A stretch of DNA of 64,000 nt from an uncultured delta proteobacterium (GCA_963745835.1 CAVUZH010000014.1:288001-352000), one strand, 5' to 3'. Shown: positions 50,450-60,218, numbered from the stretch's first letter. The notes: generated by a model from the letters alone, not told the origin. Numbers and translations: made by a program.

Positions 50450-51469
50450 ATGCGTGTTGGTAATCTTAAGCACCCCAATGCCACCTATGACTGCCGTGTC
50501 AGCAGCGCTTCCGCTCTATTGATCAGTTTTTTTATAGTCTTCGCAATCGGCAGCTTCAATGAAATCCTGGCGGCGCAAACAGAAGCTTGGAAACCGAGCA
50601 GACCAATCAGAATATTACTAAGCGGTCGGGGCGCCTACGATTTGATCGCTCGACAATTGGCTCTGGTACTTCCCGACTATTTGGGACACAAAGTGACTGT
50701 ACAGTTGGTCACAGGTGCTCAGGGCTTCAACGCCATGGATGTGCTCCAGGGATCCAAGCCCGACGGTCATACAATAAGTTTACTAGGTGTGGCCACGTAC
50801 GTTGGATTGGCAACAACCAAAACGCAATACTCCTGGGATGTTCGGAATATACCCGTGATTATGGCACTTGACACTCCTCCTTACGGGATCTTTAGTTCTC
50901 CAAAGTCGCCCTATAAAAGTTATCAGGACATTCTGAAAACAAAAACTCAAGTACGTGTCGCGTTGGCAGGAGCAACCTTTGTCGTTATCCCGCTGGCCGT
51001 GGATTTTGAGCAGAAAAAAATTTCTTATACAATGGCCCGTTTCAAAGACGTAGCGGATGCGAAATTAGCCGTTCTGGCAGGCAATGCCGATCTGACATCT
51101 GGTGCTCTGACCGGAATCAACACCACACAAATCAAGGCAGGTGATATGACTTTGCTCTGGATATACAGCTCGAAACGTTATCCAGAGTTTCCGGACGCGC
51201 CCACTCATGTTGAGCTGGGAATGCCTAAAGAGTGGTCTGATTATGCCCTGACACGCCTGATCCAGGTGCCGCCCGGCACACCTGGGCATATTCAGAGCGC
51301 GCTAAGGGAAGGCTTGATCAAAGCTTTCAAGGATAAGCGAACGGTAGAATGGAGCGAAAAAGCAGATACTCCGGTGGATCTCTTACCAGAGCCTGAGCTT
51401 AAGCAGCGGATCAACTTCCTGATCAAGTCATTCAATGAGAACAAGAAGATTGTGGACACCTACTATTAG
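50450..51469 (+). CDS. tctC: TctC/Bug solute-binding protein
   Basis: WKPSRPIRILL..GAYDLIAR, KPDGHTI, PDAPTHVELG, VPPGTP. Confidence 0.85.
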   Translation: MRVGNLKHPNATYDCRVSSASALLISFFIVFAIGSFNEILAAQTEAWKPSRPIRILLSGRGAYDLIARQLALVLPDYLGHKVTVQLVTGAQGFNAMDVLQGSKPDGHTISLLGVATYVGLATTKTQYSWDVRNIPVIMALDTPPYGIFSSPKSPYKSYQDILKTKTQVRVALAGATFVVIPLAVDFEQKKISYTMARFKDVADAKLAVLAGNADLTSGALTGINTTQIKAGDMTLLWIYSSKRYPEFPDAPTHVELGMPKEWSDYALTRLIQVPPGTPGHIQSALREGLIKAFKDKRTVEWSEKADTPVDLLPEPELKQRINFLIKSFNENKKIVDTYY

Positions 51470-51852
51470 TAGACCCCGATATGAATTGCGCAATCGCCGT
51501 AACCTCTTCATTAAAGCAGAGTTCTTTACGCCTTGGTGGGACGGTAAAGAAATCAGGTTGATAAAGTCTCGATGGCTCTTTGAGCCGCCCGAGGCGAGCA
51601 GCCTCGTCGCACCGGCTTCGGGGCTCACGGATTTTTTGTTAGCGGCTGCTACCGCTTAATTGTTCGGGATCGTTCAAAGCTTTTAGGCACTGTTGTTTGC
51701 TCGATCTCGTTCGCGTTACGGGACAGCATTTTGAATTGCTCTCTCATTGGTGCGCGGTGACCAGTATTCCGTAGGATTATAGCTCAAGAGAAAACACACC
51801 CATCCTCTACTGACATACCTGCGAGTATTCTAGATGTTACGGGAGATACAGT

Positions 51853-53382
51853 ATGGATTCTTTCTGGGGTGCTTTTGTCGGAATTTTATCTTGGCCGTGC
51901 GTCGGGTTTCTTGTTGGCGGAACACTTTTAGGATTAATACTGGGAGTGATCCCGGGTCTTGGTGGAATTACGATTTTAGCTCTCCTATTGCCGCTTACCT
52001 ACACCATCGATTTCCAATATTCGATCGTGTTGATGACTGCAATCCTGGCGGTCACTATCACGAGTGATACCATCCCTACTATATTGATCGGCGTTCCGCC
52101 CACTGCGGGCGCTTCGGCAACACTTCTAGACGGCCACGCGATGGCGCTTAATGGAGAAGCCGCGCGCGCGCTGGGCGCTTCTTACACAAGTTCGATCATC
52201 GGCGGGGTGCTGGGTGCCATTTGCCTCTGGTTGTCGATTCCCATTCTGCGTCCATTTGTCTTGGCTTTCGGGCCGCCTGAGATCTTTGTAGTAGCATTGT
52301 GGGGACTAAGCATGCTGGGAGCGCTTAGCAGTGGAAACATGCTCAAAGGGTTGGCTGCCGGATTCGTTGGGATTCTTCTAGGCACCATTGGACGATCTCC
52401 CAACAGTGGTATCTACCGGTACAGCTTCGATATCCCGTACTTAATCGATGGCCTGAAGATTGTCACCGTATCTCTCGGACTATTTGCGATTCCAGAAGTG
52501 ATAAAAATGGCGACGGCAAAGGGATCAATTCCGGGAGGCAAAATTCGCGGCAATCTCTTACGTGGACAATTGCAGGGAATGGCAGATGTCTTTCGCCATT
52601 GGGCCTTGCTGATCCGCGGCAGCCTGATCGGCGTATGGATAGGAGTAGTACCAGGCGTTGGTGCTGTGACTGCCGACTGGTTTGCCTATGCCCATGCTGT
52701 GCAGTCGGCAAAAGACAAGAGCCGTTTTGGCAAAGGCGATGTTCGCGGAGTCATTGCACCGGAAGCGTCAAACAACTCGTGCAAAGGCGGCGACTTTATA
52801 CCTACCTTAGCATTTGGCGTACCCGGTAGTGCCAGTATGTCGCTCGTTCTTGGAGCGTTTCTAATTGCCGGCATCCACCCGGGCCCCAATATGCTTACGA
52901 CGGACATTGGAATAACCTATACGATTATTTGGGCCTTGGCTCTGGCTAATATCGTCGGCGGCGGTATTTGCCTGCTCGCCACTTCGCAAATTGCTAAACT
53001 GCTCTACCTGCCCCAACACTATCTTATTGCCGTCATCACGACTTTTCTTATTCTAGCGGTTTACATCGGAGCCAAGGACATTGGTGACATATTGGTCATG
53101 ATCATATTCGGCGTCCTTGGTTTTGCTATGAAACAGTATGGCTGGGCACGGCCGCCACTTATCGTGGGCTTTGTACTTTCGAACATCGCCGAATGGAACT
53201 TCGTGATATCCATCACATTAATGGGCATCTCCTGGATCTGGCGGCCCATGGTGCTGGGAATGATTGCTATCTTTGTTTTGAATCAGATTTGGACTTTCCT
53301 AAAGGAGCGGCAAATCGCCAGAAATGAAGCCGTAAAACGGCTGGCCCCGAGTCCTATGAAGGAGGACAACGATGAAAATTAA
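51853..53382 (+). CDS. tctA: Tripartite tricarboxylate transporter large subunit TctA
   Basis: GVIPGLG..ALLLP, DGHAMA..GEA.RAL, GVIAPEASNN, PTLAFGVPG. Confidence 0.93.
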   Translation: MDSFWGAFVGILSWPCVGFLVGGTLLGLILGVIPGLGGITILALLLPLTYTIDFQYSIVLMTAILAVTITSDTIPTILIGVPPTAGASATLLDGHAMALNGEAARALGASYTSSIIGGVLGAICLWLSIPILRPFVLAFGPPEIFVVALWGLSMLGALSSGNMLKGLAAGFVGILLGTIGRSPNSGIYRYSFDIPYLIDGLKIVTVSLGLFAIPEVIKMATAKGSIPGGKIRGNLLRGQLQGMADVFRHWALLIRGSLIGVWIGVVPGVGAVTADWFAYAHAVQSAKDKSRFGKGDVRGVIAPEASNNSCKGGDFIPTLAFGVPGSASMSLVLGAFLIAGIHPGPNMLTTDIGITYTIIWALALANIVGGGICLLATSQIAKLLYLPQHYLIAVITTFLILAVYIGAKDIGDILVMIIFGVLGFAMKQYGWARPPLIVGFVLSNIAEWNFVISITLMGISWIWRPMVLGMIAIFVLNQIWTFLKERQIARNEAVKRLAPSPMKEDNDEN

Positions 53383-53851
53383 TCATGAGAGCTACTTTAC
53401 GATATTCATGATGGTAATCTCCTTTGCCGCTGCCGCATATGCATTTACTCAATGGGAATTTAAAACGGCGGTGGTTCCGGCGCTCTGTGGTGGGGGAGCA
53501 TTTATTTTGTGTTCTTTCCAGCTTTTAAGAGAGCTGAGAGGAAAGAAAACTAAAACCGCGCGGATAATGGATACAGGTTTTGATAAAGACAAAACTACAG
53601 AGCGAGAGAATATGGTCGGTGCAATAAAGTACTTTGGAATCTTGGTCGGGTTGTATATCAGCATCTATATCATCGGAATTTACCCGAGCATCGGACTTTT
53701 TGTGGTTCTATACCTGCTGGCATCCGGCGAGGTCGGCGCGGCAAAATCTATACTGGTTGCCGCCTCCATTGTAGGGGTGGTTTATTTTATCATCAGTGAA
53801 GTTGCCCAGGAGGCGCTACCAGACCCACTGGTTTACAGACTTCTCTCCTAA
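53372..53851 (+). CDS. tctB: TctB small membrane subunit
   Basis: Four to five TM segments, overlaps tctA, C-terminal LP. Confidence 0.8.
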   Translation: MKINHESYFTIFMMVISFAAAAYAFTQWEFKTAVVPALCGGGAFILCSFQLLRELRGKKTKTARIMDTGFDKDKTTERENMVGAIKYFGILVGLYISIYIIGIYPSIGLFVVLYLLASGEVGAAKSILVAASIVGVVYFIISEVAQEALPDPLVYRLLS

Positions 53852-53968
53852 AATTTGTGTGATTTTGCTTTGAACTTCTAAGTGCCTCAAGAAAAAACTG
53901 ATGGCGCACGTAGAGGCGACTCTTCTCTTCGGACGATCATGCTAATCAGACATGTCTAGAATTCCATT

Positions 53969-54364
53969 ATGGCAATTATCTCCGTCACCCGGCTTCACTT
54001 GCGTTCCTTGCGCTTTTTCCCCGGATTCTTTTGGTACACCAGGCGCTCGATGTGGCAAGCGAAAAGAACCCCGGGTAATCTTGGCGTTAGCGTGAGAAAA
54101 ACAAAGGGGCTGGCCTTCTGGACGTTGGCAATGTGGCGCGACAATCAAGCGATCAGAGCGTTTGTGCCGGCTTCGCCTCATAGAGAAGCCATGCAGAAGT
54201 TGCCGCACTGGTGCGATGAAGCCGCCTTTGCCGATTGGGAACAAGATACGGCTGATTGGCCGTCCTGGGAAACCGCTAGGGGAAAATTGGCTGCTACGGG
54301 ACGATTGGTTGACGTGCTGCATCCATCAAAGCAACACAAGGCAGGCAAAATCGAGACTTCTTAG
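53969..54364 (+). CDS. DUF3291-like (dimeric alpha-beta barrel) protein
   Basis: SVTRLHLRS, FWTLAMW, PHREAMQKLPHWCDEA, WPSWE. Confidence 0.75.
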   Translation: MAIISVTRLHLRSLRFFPGFFWYTRRSMWQAKRTPGNLGVSVRKTKGLAFWTLAMWRDNQAIRAFVPASPHREAMQKLPHWCDEAAFADWEQDTADWPSWETARGKLAATGRLVDVLHPSKQHKAGKIETS

Positions 54365-54555
54365 GACCAGCTCCTGCAGAGAAGATCGATCGCCGAAAAA
54401 GTGGACTAACTCCCCCATTGCACGTCTCAGGATATTGCCGTCTGATTGTTAAGCGCAGGTTAATAACCGGCAAAGTTCTCCAAAAAGGATTGACTGAGAC
54501 CCGTACACGCGATAGCTGTATCCCAGTAAAAACTATTAGGAAAGGAGAATAATTT

Positions 54556-55212
54556 ATGGCGGTTCGAATTAACGATATTGCGCCGGATTTTACGGCGGAG
54601 ACGACCCAAGGCAAAATCAATTTTCATGAGTGGATCGGCGATAACTGGGCGATCCTATTTTCCCATCCGAAGGATTTTACGCCGGTCTGCACCACCGAGC
54701 TCGGCTATATGGCCAGACTCAAGCCTGAATTCGATAAGCGCAACTGCAAGATTATCGGACTGAGCGCCGATCCGCTTAGCGATCACCAGGGTTGGTCCAA
54801 GGACATTCAGGAAACACAGGGGCACGCACCGAACTACCCGATGATCGCCGACCCGGAGTTAAACGTCGCCAAGCTCTACGACATGCTCCCGGCCAGCGAA
54901 ACCCCCGGCAAGCGCACTGCTGCAGACAATCAAACTGTGCGCACGGTATTTCTCATCGGGCCGGACAAGAAGGTTAAGGCGATGCTGATCTATCCGATGG
55001 CCAGCGGCCGCAATTTCGACGAAGTGCTGCGTCTGCTTGACTCGCTGCAACTCAGCGCCAAGCACACGGTGGCGACGCCGGTCAATTGGAAGCCGGGCGA
55101 TGACGTTATCATTCCGACATCTGTTTCCGATGATGACGCCAAGAAGAAATACCCGCAGGGCTTCAAAACGCACAAACCCTATCTGCGCACAGTATCGCAG
55201 CCGGGCAAGTAA
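54556..55212 (+). CDS. 1-Cys peroxiredoxin (Prx6)
   Basis: FSHPKDFTPVCTTE, GRNFDEVLR, ATPVNWKPG. Confidence 0.95.
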   Translation: MAVRINDIAPDFTAETTQGKINFHEWIGDNWAILFSHPKDFTPVCTTELGYMARLKPEFDKRNCKIIGLSADPLSDHQGWSKDIQETQGHAPNYPMIADPELNVAKLYDMLPASETPGKRTAADNQTVRTVFLIGPDKKVKAMLIYPMASGRNFDEVLRLLDSLQLSAKHTVATPVNWKPGDDVIIPTSVSDDDAKKKYPQGFKTHKPYLRTVSQPGK

Positions 55213-55267
55213 TGTCTTTCGTAACCCGGAGAAGCTGAAATCGTGGATGGCGTGGTAAAGCGAGACA

Positions 55268-55317
55268 GGAAAGCTGAAACGTGAGGAAGCAAACGAGATC
55301 CTCTGTTTCAGCTTTCC
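55268..55317. terminator. Inverted repeat between convergent prx and GST genes
   Basis: GGAAAGCTGAAAC...GTTTCAGCTTTCC, 13-bp perfect arms. Confidence 0.5.
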
Positions 55318-55341
55318 GCTTTCCTAATTCGTCCTTTCCTT

Positions 55342-56007
55342 TCATCGCCAATGCGGCGGATAGGTGCGCTCGTAACCCGTTAGCGCTTCGATCCGTTTCA
55401 CCCATGCCGAGAGATTCGGGAACGTATCGGCCAGCGGCAGAAGTTCCAGCTTCAGCGATTTTGCCGCGTCTTTGCCTGCCGCTCGCAGGATAGTTTGAAC
55501 CAACGGGAACAAGCTAATGTCGGCGGCCGAAATCTGTTTGCCAACCAGCCACGCCGAACCGGATAGCTCTCGATCGATGCGCTGCAATTCCTGGCGGACA
55601 GCTTGCGCCGCTTGTTGAATTTTTTCGGTCTCATCAAGCCCTTTGCCGAAGAAAACCGGCCGGATCACTTTATCTCCCGCGCTGAGCAAATAAGCTTCGG
55701 TCTCCATGACGGCCCGCCAGATGAGGCCGGTCTCTTGTGGCGAGGTGCCAAACAGCGGCGGCTCGGGACATTTTTTATCCAGATAGGCCATGATCGCAAG
55801 CGATTCATTCAGCACGAAATCGTCGTCTTTCAGCAGCGGCACTTTACCGCGCGGGTTGAGCTTGAGAAACCCGGCAGCTTTATGATCGCCCTTTGAGAAT
55901 TCCAAAAGTGTCGATTGGTATGCCAGACCTTTCACTTCCAACGTCAACATGACGCGCCAGGCAAACGGACTGCCGCTGCCCCAGTAGAGTTCCAAAGCCA
56001 CTCGCAC
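55342..56007 (-). CDS. Glutathione S-transferase
   Basis: SPFAWRV, LNPRGKVP, ESLAI, ISAADI, PNLSAW. Confidence 0.93.
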   Translation of the reverse strand: MRVALELYWGSGSPFAWRVMLTLEVKGLAYQSTLLEFSKGDHKAAGFLKLNPRGKVPLLKDDDFVLNESLAIMAYLDKKCPEPPLFGTSPQETGLIWRAVMETEAYLLSAGDKVIRPVFFGKGLDETEKIQQAAQAVRQELQRIDRELSGSAWLVGKQISAADISLFPLVQTILRAAGKDAAKSLKLELLPLADTFPNLSAWVKRIEALTGYERTYPPHWR

Positions 56008-56031
56008 CTCCAGATTATAGATTTGGACAGT

Positions 56032-57054
56032 TTAGTTCTTATATAGCGCTTGCAAAAACCCCTCTTTGTCCAGTTCATCGAGGATCGTAAAATCGATGAA
56101 CCGGCGCGGATCAGCGGTTTTAGCCGCGGGCATTTTATCCAGGCCCTCTAGGATCGTCTTGACTCCTTCTACGGACGTGCGCGGAATGCGCAGCATGTTC
56201 TTGGCCTGTAACGCATAGGCCTCCTTCACTTCATCTCTATTTTTTGCGCGCGTCCATTTCTGAATCACCTTGACGGTGAACTCTTCGTCTTCCTGATAGG
56301 TCTTCATGCCTTCGAGGAAGCCGCGCATGAATCGCTTGGCAAGGTCGCGCTGCCCATCGAGGAAACGTTTTCTCGTGACCACCGTGCCGGTGATATAGGT
56401 TTTACTGATCTTGGTCATGTCGAATAACTCGACGAATCCGAGATTTTTCGCTCGGATGTTATTGGGAATCGATATCGGCGCGGCATCGATGACGCCATTG
56501 ACCAGGCCTTGAACCAACAGGCCCATTTCATTGAGTTGAATCATCGAAACATCCGTGGATGGGTCTAACCCCCACATTTTGAGCGTGGCCCGCGCCAGAG
56601 CATCCGGTGTCGCGCCGAACCGGGTGACGCCAACTCTCTTGCCCTTGAGATCCTGCGGCGATTTGATCTTGGAGTTGACGATAAAGCTGTAGAGCGGCTT
56701 GTCGAGAATTGCGCCCATGAAAACGGTATCGGCGCCGCTAAGATTGGAGCTCACGGCCCCATCCGTCGCAGATTGCACGATCGCCACCTCCCCCGCCAGC
56801 AGCGCCTGCAGCGCGGTGATACTGCTGGCGTGAATCAGTTCGACATCGACGCCGTGCTTTTTGAAATGGCCCGCCTCTAAACTGATCCATGGAATCGCTT
56901 GGTTAACCGTGATGGCGCTGTAGGCAAGCCGCAGGGGCGTGAGCTTCGCTGATTCAGCGGCGTTGCCGCTAGCCATCGGATTTAAACCCAACAGCCAGAT
57001 GACCGACCAAAAGAGCAGAAATCTACTTTTCATCGTTACAAGAAATGTCGGCAT
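56032..57054 (-). CDS. SsuA/NMT1-type solute-binding protein
   Basis: Signal peptide, GHFKKHGVDVEL, DLKGKRVGVTRFG, GLDPSTDV. Confidence 0.88.
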   Translation of the reverse strand: MPTFLVTMKSRFLLFWSVIWLLGLNPMASGNAAESAKLTPLRLAYSAITVNQAIPWISLEAGHFKKHGVDVELIHASSITALQALLAGEVAIVQSATDGAVSSNLSGADTVFMGAILDKPLYSFIVNSKIKSPQDLKGKRVGVTRFGATPDALARATLKMWGLDPSTDVSMIQLNEMGLLVQGLVNGVIDAAPISIPNNIRAKNLGFVELFDMTKISKTYITGTVVTRKRFLDGQRDLAKRFMRGFLEGMKTYQEDEEFTVKVIQKWTRAKNRDEVKEAYALQAKNMLRIPRTSVEGVKTILEGLDKMPAAKTADPRRFIDFTILDELDKEGFLQALYKN

Positions 57055-57431
57055 ACACCCTCCCACCGTTCACCTTTAGCAATATTCGACTTCTGCGCCT
57101 CGGATCAAGAGGGTTTTGTCTTACAGACGTACATCTTAAACTCGAAGTACGCCGGACAGCAGGGCGGTGTCAGAACGTAATCACAGCGCCATGAGAAGAC
57201 GTCGAACCGGATTTCGACCGATTTAGTTTAACCCGCTAGATGTCCAATTGAGACCTCGGGAAGTCACGGACCGAAGTCTAGGGACATTTTTTTGACGATA
57301 TGGCAGCAGGATCAAACGCACCATCATCGAACATTCATTCGAAAAATGGGTTGCCAAATGATCGCGCTATGGGAGATAGTGCCGGTCTACCCCTTTCAAA
57401 CGCGATAATCTCTACAAGGAGAGCTACGTTG

Positions 57432-59213
57432 ATGGCAGACTCAATTTCCCACGATGCCCGCTGGAGCGAATATCCCGGCGACGAATGGTCTGACGCCATG
57501 GTCCAGGCGATGAAGCTTGGCGGAATCGATCATCTGTTCTTTGTTTCCGGTTCCGAGATCGCTTTCTGGCAGGAAAGCATCGCCAAAGCGCAGGAGAGAG
57601 ATTGGCCCGCGCCCAAATTAGTTACGGTGCCGCACGAGAGCGTGGCGCTGAACGCTGCTCTCGGCAGCGCGATGATCAGAAACCAGCCAGCAGCCACTGC
57701 AGTGCACGTCGATGTTGGAACATTGAATTATGGCGGCGCGATCCATACCGCCTGGCGCGGTAATTACCCGGTGCTGATCACCGCCGGAACCGGACCGCGG
57801 GCGTATGCCGGCTCGATGACCGGCGCGCGCAACAGTCCCGTGCAATGGGTCCAGGAGCCACGCGATCAGGGCGGCATCGTCAGGCAATACACTAAGATCG
57901 ATCATCGCCTGGAGCATCAGGACAATCCAGGATTTATGATCAGCCGCTTATTGCAGGTCGCCATGAGCGAGCCCAAAGGCCCGGTCTATCTTGCCGCGCC
58001 GCGCGAAACGGCAATGATGAAGATTCCTGGCAAGACATACTTCCCGACGCGCGATGAGCTTGGCGTTGCGCGACCGGTGTGGCCCGATCCCACCGATGCC
58101 AGACGGGCGGCGCAGTGGCTCATTGAGGCGCGCAATCCGCTCATCTGCTGCGCTACTGGCGGACGCAATCCTGAAGCAGTTGCCGAAACTGTTCGGCTCG
58201 CCGAGTTACTCGCATTGCCGGTAGTGGATTGCGACCGCATAGACCGGCTGAACTTCCCGAGCACTCACCCGCTTTACGGCACCGGACCGGAGATCAAAGA
58301 TGCCGATGCGTTGCTGATGCTCGAAGCGCTGGTGGCTTACACCACGCCCAATAGCGCGCCACGACCCGGCACTAAAGTTATCTGGGCCGATGCCGATCCG
58401 GTGATGTCGGCGTATAAGACCATGGACTTCCAGGCCGATCTCTGGCTTCCGGTGACCGCAACGACCGCGGCCCGCGCCATCTATGAAGCGGCGACTGCTC
58501 TCCTTTCGAAAAGCGACATGAGCCGAATCGCCGAACGACGCGAGCGATTAGAGGCAAGCAAGCGCGAAATCAACCACAACAATGAGCAAGCCGCCATTGC
58601 AGCCGGACGGCGCAAACCGACGCACCCGCTCTGGGTCGCCTATCAACTCGGAAAGATTCTCGAACCGAACGCCATCGTGCTCGATGATTCCATCAGCAAC
58701 TCGGATTTCGTCTGCGCGCATCACCGGAGAACTCAAGCCGGCACCTACTTCGCGAGCGGCGGATCATCCGGCGGCTGGGGCGCCGGCGCGGCGTTGGGAG
58801 CCAAGCTCGCCGCACCGGAACGTGATGTCATCCTGGCAACCGGCGACGGATACTTTATGTTTGGCACGCCGATGCCGGCATTGTGGACTGCCGCCCATTA
58901 CAAAGCGCCTTTTCTCACACTGATATTCGTCAACCGCTCCTACAGCACGGGAACCAACGGCCTCCGCAGAACCTATCCGAGCGGCGTCGCAGTGCGCACG
59001 GAGAATTTTGAAGGCGGCGTATTTGATCCGCCGCCGGACTTTTCCAAACTCGCCGAGTCCGCCAACTGTTACGGCGAGACTGTGCGTGAACCGGATGAAA
59101 TAGGCACGGCGCTCAAACGAGGATTGGAACAGGTGCGCAAGGGAACGCCCGCGTTGGTCGCGGCGTATTTACCGACTTTGGTCGAGGAGATGTCGTTGGT
59201 GGCGCGGAAGTGA
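57432..59213 (+). CDS. ThDP-dependent enzyme (benzoylformate decarboxylase/ALS-like)
   Basis: PHESVA, VHVDVGT, EPKGPVYL, TGDG...VN; AAGGAG RBS. Confidence 0.9.
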   Translation: MADSISHDARWSEYPGDEWSDAMVQAMKLGGIDHLFFVSGSEIAFWQESIAKAQERDWPAPKLVTVPHESVALNAALGSAMIRNQPAATAVHVDVGTLNYGGAIHTAWRGNYPVLITAGTGPRAYAGSMTGARNSPVQWVQEPRDQGGIVRQYTKIDHRLEHQDNPGFMISRLLQVAMSEPKGPVYLAAPRETAMMKIPGKTYFPTRDELGVARPVWPDPTDARRAAQWLIEARNPLICCATGGRNPEAVAETVRLAELLALPVVDCDRIDRLNFPSTHPLYGTGPEIKDADALLMLEALVAYTTPNSAPRPGTKVIWADADPVMSAYKTMDFQADLWLPVTATTAARAIYEAATALLSKSDMSRIAERRERLEASKREINHNNEQAAIAAGRRKPTHPLWVAYQLGKILEPNAIVLDDSISNSDFVCAHHRRTQAGTYFASGGSSGGWGAGAALGAKLAAPERDVILATGDGYFMFGTPMPALWTAAHYKAPFLTLIFVNRSYSTGTNGLRRTYPSGVAVRTENFEGGVFDPPPDFSKLAESANCYGETVREPDEIGTALKRGLEQVRKGTPALVAAYLPTLVEEMSLVARK

Positions 59214-59410
59214 GAATACGTTCGGGGTCAGCAGTAGAAAAATCGGGGCCACTCTTACTATGCCGAAAAAGTCGTCAGGCAACCGCCGCGATCTACTATG
59301 TTGCGTCATTAATAATAGCCATCGTAAGCCTCGGGCAAAAACGCGCTACGAAAGCGAGCTGTGATAACTGCATCGCGCGTGGTCCCGAGCGCTAAAGTTG
59401 CTCGAACTTT

Positions 59411-59614
59411 TCAGTGGCGTGTTGTCACTACCTCCGTGAGCCGAGGGTCACAAGTCACGCACAGAATAGAATACGAATTACCGTTCGGATCTAAGAACAT
59501 ACGAACATCGTGCCCTCCCACCAGGTGGCTGTCGATGAACTTCTGAAACGCTTCAAAAGCATAAGAACTATGACGTTCATTGGATTGCGATTGCTCTAAT
59601 TTGTCCTTGCTCAT
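59411..59614 (-). CDS. 67-aa protein with His-x4-His...CxxC (putative Zn-binding)
   Basis: AGGAGG RBS; HLVGGH...CVTC. Confidence 0.6.
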   Translation of the reverse strand: MSKDKLEQSQSNERHSSYAFEAFQKFIDSHLVGGHDVRMFLDPNGNSYSILCVTCDPRLTEVVTTRH

Positions 59615-59947
59615 TTTGCCTCCTGGATGCTGTACGAGTAAAAATGCGCGGGGTATATAGCATAGCTTTTTACGTGAGTCACGCACCCGGTATTTCGAGC
59701 AAGGTACGGTAGCAATTGGTGAGCTTCAATCGGAATCATCACAGCTAAATGGCGTTGCATCCTCATTCAGAGCCCAATCAAGTGAGCGGTCGGGCAATTG
59801 TACGTCTTGTACAGCGCGGACCAGTACCAGGGGTTTTTACCGCAAGCCAAAAATCGAATATGGCTGGAACAAACTTCAACGCTGTTGACTTCCCAGCGTT
59901 TCGACATTAACAACGGATCGAGTAAGGAAAGCCACTCGAAAATCGGC

Positions 59948-59971
59948 CAATGAGATCGCGAGATCTCATTG
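59948..59971. promoter_or_regulatory. Operator-like palindrome upstream of metallothionein
   Basis: CAATGAGATC-GCGA-GATCTCATTG, perfect 10-4-10, just before the RBS. Confidence 0.6.
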
Positions 59972-59990
59972 TGAAAAAAGGAGCAAGACT

Positions 59991-60167
59991 ATGGCAGACC
60001 AGAACTGCGCGCACGCTGGCTGCGTTTGTAAGATCGAGCACGGACACGGCGTCTCACGAGGAAATGAAAATTACTGCAGTGATCACTGTGCACAGGCTGG
60101 CACGGGACGGTCTGGCCAGTGTGTGTGCGGCCATCCGGATTGCGAGACAGCAGGGATGACCCGCTGA
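59991..60167 (+). CDS. Bacterial metallothionein (SmtA/BmtA-like), 58 aa, not in ORF track
   Basis: AAGGAG RBS; MADQNCAHAGCVCKIEHGHGVSRGNENYCSDHCAQAGTGRSGQCVCGHPDCETAGMTR*: CxxxxCxC, YCSxxCA, CxCGHxxC. Confidence 0.9.
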   Translation: MADQNCAHAGCVCKIEHGHGVSRGNENYCSDHCAQAGTGRSGQCVCGHPDCETAGMTR

Positions 60168-60193
60168 GCAATCCCTTGTTGGTCGAAAGTCGG

Positions 60194-60218
60194 TCAGGAG
60201 CTAAAGAGTAGCTCCTGA
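60194..60218 (+). terminator. Hairpin after metallothionein
   Basis: TCAGGAGCTA-AAGAG-TAGCTCCTGA; no clear U-tract. Confidence 0.5.

Noticed and set aside
59330-59389. CTCGGG/ACGCGC...GCGCGT/CCCGAG stem as an ncRNA
   Set aside because: Single GC-rich stem between convergent genes; adequately explained as terminator-like or chance
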